A stretch of DNA of 64,000 nucleotides from an uncultured archaeon (GTDB taxonomy: Archaea; Asgardarchaeota; Lokiarchaeia; Sigyniarchaeales; SOKP01): assembly GCA_964447495.1 (NCBI GenBank), contig CAYUTF010000002.1, forward strand, positions 1 to 64,000. The letters are read 5' to 3'. Every line of letters begins with the position of its first letter. The first letter of the stretch is position 1. The notes beneath the pieces were generated by a model. It had not been told where the DNA came from. It saw only the letters and a program-made list of their open reading frames with translations, and did no database searches. The position numbers and the translations under genes were made by a program. This document shows, piece after piece, positions 43,010 through 52,161 of the stretch.

Positions 43010-45249
43010 TTAAAGAATCTTTTTTAACTCTAAAATTAGATTTTTGGGATTGACTCTGTCAAATTGATAAATTTCTGCTTTTCCGAAATCTTTAAAATTC
43101 TCCTTTATCTTATTAGCAGCAAAAGTATTTACACCTAATCCTTGAGTGGCATAACTCTTTTTTGGTTCTAACACTACAAGATGAACCCCTTTTTTAGATA
43201 AAGCCTTTGTTAATTCTTTTAATTCATTGATAATCACATTATAATCACTTTGTACTTGGGCAATTAAATCAGGATATTTTACGGAAATGTTTGCACCACA
43301 ATCAGAACAAATAAAAATTACGGGGATTATATTTCTATTCTTTAATTTTTCTGCATTAATTAATTTAAGAGATTTCTTTAATGCTGCAGCCATTGGTGTA
43401 TATGATTTTCCTTCAATATTTTTTACTTTATTGGCAGCATTCTTGAAATAAACCGTTGGTTTTTGAAGAACAACTGCATCTTTTCCTCGAAAAATTATCA
43501 GACTTATTTTGTCCTTCTTTCGATAACCTTCTTTTTGTAAAGATAAAATTACATCTGTCATTTGCTTTATTACATAGTACATCGAAGCAGAGCTGTCTAA
43601 TACAAAAAATAAAACCAATGGTGCACGATATTCGTATATTTTGTCCATTAAATCATACTTATTGAATTTAATGGGAAAATCAATATCAGTTTGATTATAT
43701 ATTGTATTTTTCAAATAATTTCTGATAGTTGCATCTAATGCGATACTTTTGGGGTTATTAATTGGAGTTCGATATGATACGTACCTTCCTTTTTGTGAGG
43801 AAGAAATTTTGATTCTTCTTCCGATTCCTCTTCCACCATAGTTAGAAACTTTCCTTTCTTTTCGAATATTATCCAAAATCGAAGTCATTTTTTTTTCCAT
43901 TTTATAGATTAATGGGAGAGCATCGAAATCATAATCTAAAAAATCAAACAACTCCTCATTAAAGGGAATATCCTTTACTTTCCATCCTCCAGCCGGTGAA
44001 GGACTTCTTTTTTTATTATCATGATATTTTGGTGCCGGTAATTTCTGTTCTTTAGTTTCTGGTACATCAACCTTTTTTGGATCTATTGATTGCCGTTTAA
44101 ATTCTTTCTGAGGGGCATCGTCATATTTCAGAGGACCTTCTGTGTCTTTATTCGGTTTATAGGTATTAGTATCTTCATATGCTTTCTGTATTTTTCCATA
44201 TACCTCAACAATTTTAGCTTTTATCTCTTCCGGAGTCATCTCATAGTGAAGGGATTGAATACGATGTTCAAAAACTAAATCCATAGCTACATTCAAATCA
44301 TCCTCAGCAACCATCTTTCTCCCGTTAAAAGCCGCATGAGCACGGGCACATCTGATAAAGGTAATATCTGCTCTTTGAGAAAAAATACCTAATTCATTAA
44401 CAAGCCTTGATACAAACTCATACACAGTAGAAGGAATTTGAACTTCTTTCATAATTTCACGAGCATTTTTTATTTTTTTCCTTAGCATTTCCTGTTCTTC
44501 TTCATATAATTTATGAAATTCTTTTGGATTATCATCAAATTCTATAACTCGTCTTGAAATTTCTGCTCGTAATTTCGGATCACGAGGTGCTTTGATTTTA
44601 ACTTCCAAACCTAGTCTGTCAGCTATCTGTGGGCGGAGTTCCCCCTTTCCGAATCCTAATTCGCTGTGAATATAGGATCTTCGGGGTTCATACTCCCGAC
44701 CAAGATAAATCGCGAGGGATGAGATACAGAGATTCCTTCTCGTTCTATTATGTTAACACCTGATGCCGCTGAATCCAATAAAACATCTACGATGTGATCT
44801 TGTAATAGATTTATCTCATCTACGTAAAGAATTCCTCTGTGAGCTTTGGCAAGCAATCCAGGATGAAGACTGCGTATACCTTCTGTAAGTACTTTATCAA
44901 TAGACAAAGATCCGCAGACCATATCTTCCGTAACTCCTAAAGGTAAGTCAATTATGCGCATGCTACGCCTTGCCCTTTCCATTGTTCCATCCTTAAGTTT
45001 AACACGACATTCATCACATAATTCATCAATTTCTGCGTTTGGATCACACGAAAACGTACAATCTTTCACCACTTCTATTTCAGGCATCATTTCTGCCAAG
45101 CTTCTAACAGCCGTAGATTTTCCTGTTCCTTGTTGCCCAGTGAGTAATACTCCAGCAATTTGAGGGTCTATAACATTAAGAATTAGACCCATTTTCATTA
45201 TGTCTTGACCGAGTATTGCTGTAAATGGGAAACTATTCCTTTTTACCAT
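43010..45249 (-). CDS. ChlI/ChlD-type AAA+ ATPase-vWA chelatase subunit, two exons: join(45249..44679, 44646..43010), 735 aa
   Basis: Exon 1: FPFTAILGQ, GQQGTGKST, PGLLAKAHRGILYVDEINLL, RFILVGSMNPE. Exon 2 resumes with GELRPQIADRLGLEV in another frame and ends in a vWA domain (LDSSASM, YTPM). 2240 - 32 = 2208 nt = 736 codons. Confidence 0.88.
44647..44678 (-). other. Candidate 32-nt bulge-helix-bulge (BHB/BHL) mRNA intron
   Basis: RNA CC-CCGA-AG^A-UCCUA-U-AUUC-ACAGC-GAAU-UAGGA-U-UCGG-AA^A-GGGGG; CCGA:UCGG 4-bp helix; cutting after the 2nd nt of each bulge gives CCC GAA GAG GGG GAA CTC (PEEGEL). Confidence 0.82.
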
Positions 45250-45323
45250 AACTTGATGTTAAAAGTTTCATTTTTATTAAAAATTTCCCATTATAACAAA
45301 GTATTAGAGATATTATTACAAAG

Positions 45324-45719
45324 TTAGCAATTTGAATAATATTGCTTGAAGAATTTTATGATAGATAATGCTTCATAACCTTTTTTTGTTAATTCATACT
45401 TCCAAGAAATGTTTTTTTTATCAATTTTTATATAATATTCAGGGTAATCATTTCTATTAAAAAAACTGACTATCGTTCTCGGATTTTTAATATGTAGAGC
45501 ATTGGCTAAGGCCTTGCTAGTTATTGATTCACCTGATTTGGACATTTTATAAATAGTTTTTAAATATTTAACAAAATTATCACTTAATCTTTTAGGTAGT
45601 TTTAAGGGATCTTGAATTAAATTACTCTTATTTACAAATTTAAAATTTTTTTTCACCATATTTTTTTTTAAAGCTTCCCTTTGCTGATTAAAAAGTTTTC
45701 CATTTAATAAGAGTTTCAT
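45324..45719 (-). CDS. Winged-helix DNA-binding protein (DtxR/MarR-like)
   Basis: YLKTIYKM...ITSKALANALHI...YELTKKG. Confidence 0.6.
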   Translation of the reverse strand: MKLLLNGKLFNQQREALKKNMVKKNFKFVNKSNLIQDPLKLPKRLSDNFVKYLKTIYKMSKSGESITSKALANALHIKNPRTIVSFFNRNDYPEYYIKIDKKNISWKYELTKKGYEALSIIKFFKQYYSNC

Positions 45720-45796
45720 AGATTCCAGACCTTTACCCTCCGAATTTAATTTCCATTTTTTCGATTATTGTCTTAATTCTATAGTATACTTTCTTC

Positions 45797-46069
45797 TTAT
45801 ATAAGTAATTTCTTTAAATTATTATAAAATGCATCTGCTTCATGGAAGGCATCTTTAAAAGCCTTATTTCGCTTGTATGCTAATGCTTTCTCTATTTTAG
45901 AAGGTAATGATTCCACTTCTGCTCGATCACCAGTTAAAAATAGCCATCGTCCAAAAGTGTCAAACGATTGAGCGAACGTTCGTATTACATCGAAAGGGAT
46001 AGGAACGTCTTTCGCACGAGAAGTCTGAATGAAACTAGCAATCATGCTTCTTAAGCTCCACATCACCAT
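45797..46069 (-). CDS. Hypothetical protein
   Basis: 90-aa ORF with AGGGGG upstream. Confidence 0.55.
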   Translation of the reverse strand: MVMWSLRSMIASFIQTSRAKDVPIPFDVIRTFAQSFDTFGRWLFLTGDRAEVESLPSKIEKALAYKRNKAFKDAFHEADAFYNNLKKLLI

Positions 46070-46151
46070 TGCGCCCCCTAAATTTTTATTAAAAGTAGGA
46101 TGGAATAGGAAAAATAAGTAGTTCTATAAACTGGTTTTGATTGTAAGAATG

Positions 46152-46331
46152 CTATGTGGGAAAAGTATCTTCGTGGAATTCATCTTCATTTTCACCCATT
46201 TTCTCATCTTCATCATTTTTTTTATTCCAGTCCTTGTCTTCTTCTTCTGTATTGTCTTCCTCGCGATTTATACTCCTCTCATTCCATTCATCAGTTTTAA
46301 TTTTTCTTTTACCTTTATTTTTTTTCTTCAT
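46152..46331 (-). CDS. Small basic/acidic low-complexity protein (59 aa)
   Basis: Manual translation MKKKNKGKRKIKTDEWNERSINREEDNTEEEDKDWNKKNDEDEKMGENEDEFHEDTFPT; explains the two antisense ORFs in the track. Confidence 0.5.
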   Translation of the reverse strand: MKKKNKGKRKIKTDEWNERSINREEDNTEEEDKDWNKKNDEDEKMGENEDEFHEDTFPT

Positions 46332-46613
46332 GATAATATTATCTATTAAGCATTTTTTCCAGTATGTATTTCAAATTTCAATTCATAATTTTAAATATTA
46401 GCGTTTTAAATTATAAAATCTCTAAAAATATTAATTACTCTTATTTAAAGAATGTTGTTCATATGATTTTATTTATTTTTATCTTAACACTTAATAAAGG
46501 CAATAGATCATTCAATTCAAAATGCAAACCAATCTAAGAATTCAAACCTATAAACAAATAATTAATAGTAAGAAATGAAACGTTAAAAAAAAAGCATTTC
46601 GATAAGCTATTTT

Positions 46614-47564
46614 TTAGAATTTTTTAGAAATTTCCATTAATTTTGTGTCTAATTTGGTTACTTCTTCATCCCATTCGGATAAAATAGCCTCCACTTGGGG
46701 AATAATCTCTGTTCTTTCTTTATATTCAAGATAATCCATGAATTCTTTGATATTGGCAATTTTTATATAGGTTTCTGCTACAAACTTTCTAATTTCATGA
46801 ACTTGATTATTTAATACCTCTGGGACTCTGTGAGATTCGCCTTTTCGAACTAATGTTGTCAAATATTCTTCAGTACCAAGTAATAAAGCTTTAAATTTAG
46901 TCAATTTATCTTGTATATATTTCTCGTATGTTTCAAAGAGATTGTCCTTAGGGAAGTAATTTGTCACATCAATTATGAATTTATGAGTTTGATTTACCAG
47001 TTGCTCCATACTTTCGTATCCTTCGATGCGGTAATCTACAGTATGATAAGATGCTTCAATTCCTCGAGATGTATCATCTAAGCTGAATATTTTAAAGCCT
47101 GGATCATTTTTAAGAGGTTTTTCTGGATCTCCTTTCTTATCAGGCATTTCTACTTGACGAATTAACCTTTCAGGGTTAAAAACGAGAGTGAAATACAAAG
47201 GATTGGCCGTTTGATGAAAAGCAAGATGTCTAATATCAATATGACTTAACATCACTTTAAATCCGGGATGTGTATGCCACGCTCCAACTGTGTATAAGCC
47301 CCTTGAAAATGCTTCATCATCAATTAAAGTATATGTAATGTTATCTTCTTCTGACCATTCATATTTATCTATAACAGCATCTTTATCCAATTTTTCATGC
47401 ATAATAGGATAAGATTCTTTTATAATGATATCCTCTTCTTTTTTCTCACCAATAAAAACACCATTTACTTCTAACCACACATCTTTTGAGATTTTTTGAT
47501 TGGCAAATCGTACAGCTGCGGCCACAATCGTTAGATAAACTTTTTTTGGTATAATTACCGTCAT
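46614..47564 (-). CDS. MPN+/JAMM metalloprotease with helical C-terminus
   Basis: LEVNG (catalytic Glu) and WHTHPGFKVMLSHID (HxHx7Sx2D). Confidence 0.88.
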   Translation of the reverse strand: MTVIIPKKVYLTIVAAAVRFANQKISKDVWLEVNGVFIGEKKEEDIIIKESYPIMHEKLDKDAVIDKYEWSEEDNITYTLIDDEAFSRGLYTVGAWHTHPGFKVMLSHIDIRHLAFHQTANPLYFTLVFNPERLIRQVEMPDKKGDPEKPLKNDPGFKIFSLDDTSRGIEASYHTVDYRIEGYESMEQLVNQTHKFIIDVTNYFPKDNLFETYEKYIQDKLTKFKALLLGTEEYLTTLVRKGESHRVPEVLNNQVHEIRKFVAETYIKIANIKEFMDYLEYKERTEIIPQVEAILSEWDEEVTKLDTKLMEISKKF

Positions 47565-47740
47565 ATTTACATTGTCTAAATACTAATATTATTGATCAAG
47601 TTATACTAATCCATATATTTATGTTTTTTTTTGGGAGAAATATAAAATTATTTAAATTCAAAATTTACCATTATATTATTACTTAAAGTCATATTGAAAC
47701 TGATTCCAATTAAATAATATTGATTAAATTGTGATTAAAA

Positions 47741-48361
47741 GTGAGCGATAAAGGGTTTGAACCATTAAGCAGTCAGTTAGGGATAGCAGGAACGTCTTAT
47801 AGAATTCAATTGGGTCTTATAAATGGACGTTGGGCTTCGCGTTTATTAAAAGGGAATGATGTTATTGATTCTTATGTTTATAAGGACGAGGATGTGCAAG
47901 GCGAATATCCGAATCAAAATATCATAGTAGGATGGGTCTTAAGAACCGTAGCAATTCCTAATATCAACCCCCATCAAGTAATGAAAACAACTCAAGCATT
48001 AGTGAAGCAAGCTATAGAAAAGAAAGAACAAAAGAAAGTTATGGCCCCAATATCAGAAACCAAGGATGTTGAATTGGAAAAGGTACCCGATAGTCAATTG
48101 AAGAGATCACAACCCATGGGATGGGTGAAAGATGAAGGTGTAAAATCAGTACAAGAGCTTGAGGACGAAAAACGTGAAGCTTTTAGAGAAAGGATGAAAT
48201 ACAAACATGTAGAAGAAGAAGCCAAAAGAGTTTCTGCTGTAAAAACTACTCGAGAATTACCTTCAATCCCTAAAATGGGAGGAGTAACTTCAAAAACTTG
48301 TCCAAGTTGTGGCAAAGATTTAGATTGGAAATTTTGCCCCTATTGTGGGGAAAAATTATAA
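47741..48361 (+). CDS. Hypothetical protein with C-terminal zinc ribbon
   Basis: Ends CPSCGKDLDWKFCPYCGEKL. Confidence 0.75.
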   Translation: MSDKGFEPLSSQLGIAGTSYRIQLGLINGRWASRLLKGNDVIDSYVYKDEDVQGEYPNQNIIVGWVLRTVAIPNINPHQVMKTTQALVKQAIEKKEQKKVMAPISETKDVELEKVPDSQLKRSQPMGWVKDEGVKSVQELEDEKREAFRERMKYKHVEEEAKRVSAVKTTRELPSIPKMGGVTSKTCPSCGKDLDWKFCPYCGEKL

Positions 48362-48766
48362 ATCTTATCACTATAACTTGATATCTACGTTTCTATATAA
48401 CAGAAAATTAGTTAAATATTAAATTTTATACTCTTTTCTTACAAAAGAAATTTATCCTTGTTTGCCAAATAGATATTGTAGTTTCTGGTTAAGAGCTTTA
48501 ACAAGTTAGATTCCATAATTGTAATAAGCATTATATCTGTAAGGTTCCAATTAATAGACATCAAAGTAGATTCTAAAAAATTATTATAACTGAATTATTA
48601 GTAACAATAATTCAGTTCAATATTATCTTTAATTAATATAAACTTAAAACCAAGATGATATAATTATCATAGAAGGATTTTTGATTAGTGTATCAAATTA
48701 AAATGCATATTATAAATGAGTTAAATTAATATATCTTAAAAATTAACTATATCTAAACTTATCAAA

Positions 48767-50272
48767 TTGAGTGATTTAATAATGGGAAAGTTTGTTGATG
48801 AAAGCACTGTGATAGTTAAGCCATTAGCATATTATAAGATGCTGGTACATGTACTTCGATTTGGTTCAAAAGCAAGGGATTTTAGGCAGTTTAGCGAAGT
48901 AATTGGAATGTTGGTGGGACATTTAGAAGGAGATGGAAAAATCAAAAATGTTATCGTGGAAGATGTAGTACCAATTTCACATGGGGGTTCTATAGAAGTC
49001 AAATTTACTGAAGAACAGTTAGGAGCATTCGGTGAGATTGATCTTCAGATATATAATGAGCATGGTATGAAAAATTGGTTCACAGTAGGTTGGTATCATT
49101 CGCATCCGGGCTTAAATATCTTTTTCTCATCAACTGATGTTTTTAATCAACTATTTTGGCAAGATAAAAATCCTAGTGGAGTAGGACTGGTATTCGATCA
49201 TACATATTTAGAGCGTGAAGGAGACATGGGTTTTCGAGCGTTTAGGTTGGATGATCCTTCGAAAAGTCTTAATTCTGAGTATCATGAAGTTAAAGCTATT
49301 GTAGAACCTCCAAAGGATAAGTCATTCTATTCTAATGTAATCACTTTAATTAATAATATTCAATCAAATCAGCCACCTTTATATGAGCTAAATGAAACTA
49401 CAGATCTATTTAGTGAAGTATTTATCCCAGATCAAGAACAATTAGAGATTCGAAAACCTGAATTACATCTTCAGGAATTACTATCTTCATTAAAATCCGG
49501 TATAACTTCCTTTTTAGATTTATCAATGATCCCTCTAATTACGTCTCTTAATGAATGGAGTCAAAGGATTACCAACAAAACATATTATAATAACACACAG
49601 ATGAGAAAAGATTTGGTAAAGTTAAAACAAAATTTAAGTGATAGTCTAAATGATATGCAGAAAACTTTTAATTACACTTTGCAAAATAATTTAAGCAAAT
49701 TAGATGACTACATCTCAGATACATTTGATGAATTTGAAGAGGAACAAGAAAATATTCGGAAAATTTATAGTAATTTTAAAAATCAAATCAATTTAGAAAA
49801 AGACACTTTATTTAATGAAAAATTAAAGTTTTCTGTTGAACAGATTTCTTTCATGTTTGATAATTGTCAGAAATTAATCTCACAAATTGATGAGACTAAT
49901 TCAAATTGTATCCAAATTTTAGAAAAAAATACTCAAATGATAGAAAGTTTATCGAAAATAATAATGCCCTCAGAAAAAAGAATTACTGGTAAATTGGATG
50001 AAAATAAGCAAAAAACTATAGAAAATTTCAAGAAAAAAATAATAAATCTCGACAATAATATAAGTAATTTAGATAAAGAAGCAAAGAAAATTATGTCGAA
50101 CCTCAAGGCAGCTATTTTAGTACTTGAAGGCTCAAAAGACCCTATTTTCAATAAGATTGAAAAATTAGAAAGTGAAAAGAAGAATTTACATACAACAATT
50201 AAGGACTTAAAAACCGATAAACAAGAACTACTGTCTCAAATTAAAGATTTAAAGAAAGGAGGAGGGAAATAA
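48767..50272 (+). CDS. MPN+/JAMM (Rpn11/CSN5-like) domain plus long coiled coil
   Basis: SEVIGMLVG and VGWYHSHPGLNIFFSSTD; heptad-rich C-terminal 280 aa. Confidence 0.9.
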   Translation: MSDLIMGKFVDESTVIVKPLAYYKMLVHVLRFGSKARDFRQFSEVIGMLVGHLEGDGKIKNVIVEDVVPISHGGSIEVKFTEEQLGAFGEIDLQIYNEHGMKNWFTVGWYHSHPGLNIFFSSTDVFNQLFWQDKNPSGVGLVFDHTYLEREGDMGFRAFRLDDPSKSLNSEYHEVKAIVEPPKDKSFYSNVITLINNIQSNQPPLYELNETTDLFSEVFIPDQEQLEIRKPELHLQELLSSLKSGITSFLDLSMIPLITSLNEWSQRITNKTYYNNTQMRKDLVKLKQNLSDSLNDMQKTFNYTLQNNLSKLDDYISDTFDEFEEEQENIRKIYSNFKNQINLEKDTLFNEKLKFSVEQISFMFDNCQKLISQIDETNSNCIQILEKNTQMIESLSKIIMPSEKRITGKLDENKQKTIENFKKKIINLDNNISNLDKEAKKIMSNLKAAILVLEGSKDPIFNKIEKLESEKKNLHTTIKDLKTDKQELLSQIKDLKKGGGK

Positions 50273-51676
50273 ATGCCTAAAGATTCTGCTAATAACTTAG
50301 ATACTGGCTATGAAAATAAAGAAGTAGAAGTCTCAAAAGAGGGAAGAATTACAATTAAATATGATTGTTTTAGAAAGATGATATCTCATATTCTTAGATT
50401 TGCTAATGAATCTGAAGAAATAAGCCAGCAAGCACTTGGTATTTGTGTTGGCGAATATTTAAGTGAAGATAAGAGTTTCATTATCAACGATGCTATTCCA
50501 ATTACGCATGGTGATATTGTAGAACTGGGATTTTCCCAAGAAATTCATGATACTATAGAAACAATTAAATCGCAATATTCAGAAACAAACAATAAAATAA
50601 TAGGGTGGTATCACTCCCATTTAGGATATGGGTTATACTTTTCTAATTCGGATAAAGCAAATAATCAATACTTCCAAAATGACGATAATCCTTATGGATT
50701 TGGGATTGTGATTGAACAAACATTAATATCAGAGGATCAAAATTTTGGAACTGAAATTTTTAGGTTAAAAGATTTTATTAAAGGCTCAGAAAGCGATTAT
50801 GTTAAAGTTCAATTTGAAATTGAATCACCAAATACTTTAAAATACTTTAAATGGGTAAAGGAACTAATTGAATCTGCTCAAAAAAAAAATACTGCAATCA
50901 TTCATGAAGTTGATGAGCTCGTGAAACCTTCTCCTGAAGTACTTCAAGAGATCCCCACATCTCCACAAGATGAGCCTGAATCCACAGAAAAAGAAGGGTT
51001 TTCAATACTATATGGAGTAAAAGATGGTATAGAAAAATTTAAGGATGCTTTTCTTAGTGTTTATGAACAAGAACTGAATATATGGATGAATGATGTTTCT
51101 GAAGATGTATTAAAAGGCTCTGAATATATACGGAGTTCTATAAATAATATTAAAGAAACATTAGCATCAGGTTTAGTGGATGTTCAACGCATCTTTAATA
51201 GAAGTTTTACCGATATTTCAAATCTTTTTATGAAAAATATAAAAACAAGTGTTGACACACGTTTAACCAATCAAATTGAGCTTAAAAATGAAATCGAATC
51301 AAACTTTGAAGAGCAATTAAGTTATCTTTTTGAGAATTTAGAAAAAGAAATACGTGATATCACGAATTTAATTGAAGAAAAAATAACAACTATTAAAAAT
51401 GAATTAGATAAGATCACCCAAAATAATAACGTTATTGAACAGTCATTAAATCAGAATAACGAACTTTTGAATAAAGTTTATCAAGAGTCCGATAAATTAT
51501 CAAATACAATTATTCAACATATCGAAAATTCGACTAAAGCATTTGAATTAAAATTATTTAATGAAATCGAAGATTTCTCATCGAAAATGAATCCAAATAA
51601 AGAAACTTATCGTGAAATCGAAGATTTAATTGAAAGACTTCAAAAAGTAATATCAAGTTTAAGACAAGTAAAATAA
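50273..51676 (+). CDS. MPN domain plus coiled coil, catalytic Glu replaced by Gln
   Basis: QALGICVG aligns with EVIGMLVG; IGWYHSHLGYGLYFSNSD intact; abuts the upstream gene (TAAATG). Confidence 0.88.
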   Translation: MPKDSANNLDTGYENKEVEVSKEGRITIKYDCFRKMISHILRFANESEEISQQALGICVGEYLSEDKSFIINDAIPITHGDIVELGFSQEIHDTIETIKSQYSETNNKIIGWYHSHLGYGLYFSNSDKANNQYFQNDDNPYGFGIVIEQTLISEDQNFGTEIFRLKDFIKGSESDYVKVQFEIESPNTLKYFKWVKELIESAQKKNTAIIHEVDELVKPSPEVLQEIPTSPQDEPESTEKEGFSILYGVKDGIEKFKDAFLSVYEQELNIWMNDVSEDVLKGSEYIRSSINNIKETLASGLVDVQRIFNRSFTDISNLFMKNIKTSVDTRLTNQIELKNEIESNFEEQLSYLFENLEKEIRDITNLIEEKITTIKNELDKITQNNNVIEQSLNQNNELLNKVYQESDKLSNTIIQHIENSTKAFELKLFNEIEDFSSKMNPNKETYREIEDLIERLQKVISSLRQVK

Positions 51677-51715
51677 ACAAAGCTTTTTTTATATAAAAAG
51701 TACTTTTCCTGTAAA

Positions 51716-52030
51716 TTAAGAAAAATCCAGATGAGAAACCATAGAGATATGTAATTTATATTTGGGAATATTAGTTCTTAAGCGTTTTAATTGATTTCTT
51801 TTTGCTACATTACTTAAAATTCGTCCAATTCGATCAACCCTTATATTAATACCGAAGTTTTCTTTTAATACAGAATTAATCTTATAAGAAGAAAGAATTA
51901 CCACATTAGATATATTTTTTTCACAAAGCATTTCAATAGCTTGTTTAACAAAATGAACAATATTCTCTCTATCTTGATTTGTTTCCATACTCATATTAAT
52001 AATATTTTTTAAAGTTTTTAAAACTTTCAA
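51716..52030 (-). CDS. Hypothetical small wHTH-like protein
   Basis: 104-aa ORF; SSYKIN...RVDRIGRIL...PKYKL pattern. Confidence 0.55.
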   Translation of the reverse strand: MKVLKTLKNIINMSMETNQDRENIVHFVKQAIEMLCEKNISNVVILSSYKINSVLKENFGINIRVDRIGRILSNVAKRNQLKRLRTNIPKYKLHISMVSHLDFS

Positions 52031-52161
52031 ATGAGTAGTTAAATACGAATAATAGTGAGTAAAATTATTTTATATCACTTATTTACTAATTTATTTAAGA
52101 AAAAATTCATTTATAATAAGTCAAAGAATTGAATAAAATTAGTGTTGCTTGGATCTAACAA

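Noticed and set aside
43010-44608. Independent vWA gene starting at TTG 44608, with a separate 197-aa ATPase upstream
   Set aside because: Homology continues upstream of this TTG (GELRPQIADRLG), so both ORFs are parts of one interrupted gene.
44647-44678. Simple sequencing frameshift or programmed ribosomal frameshift as the explanation for the split
   Set aside because: A 1-nt slip would leave about 10 extra residues inside an invariant motif. The insert is not a duplicate of flanking sequence, and it matches BHB geometry.
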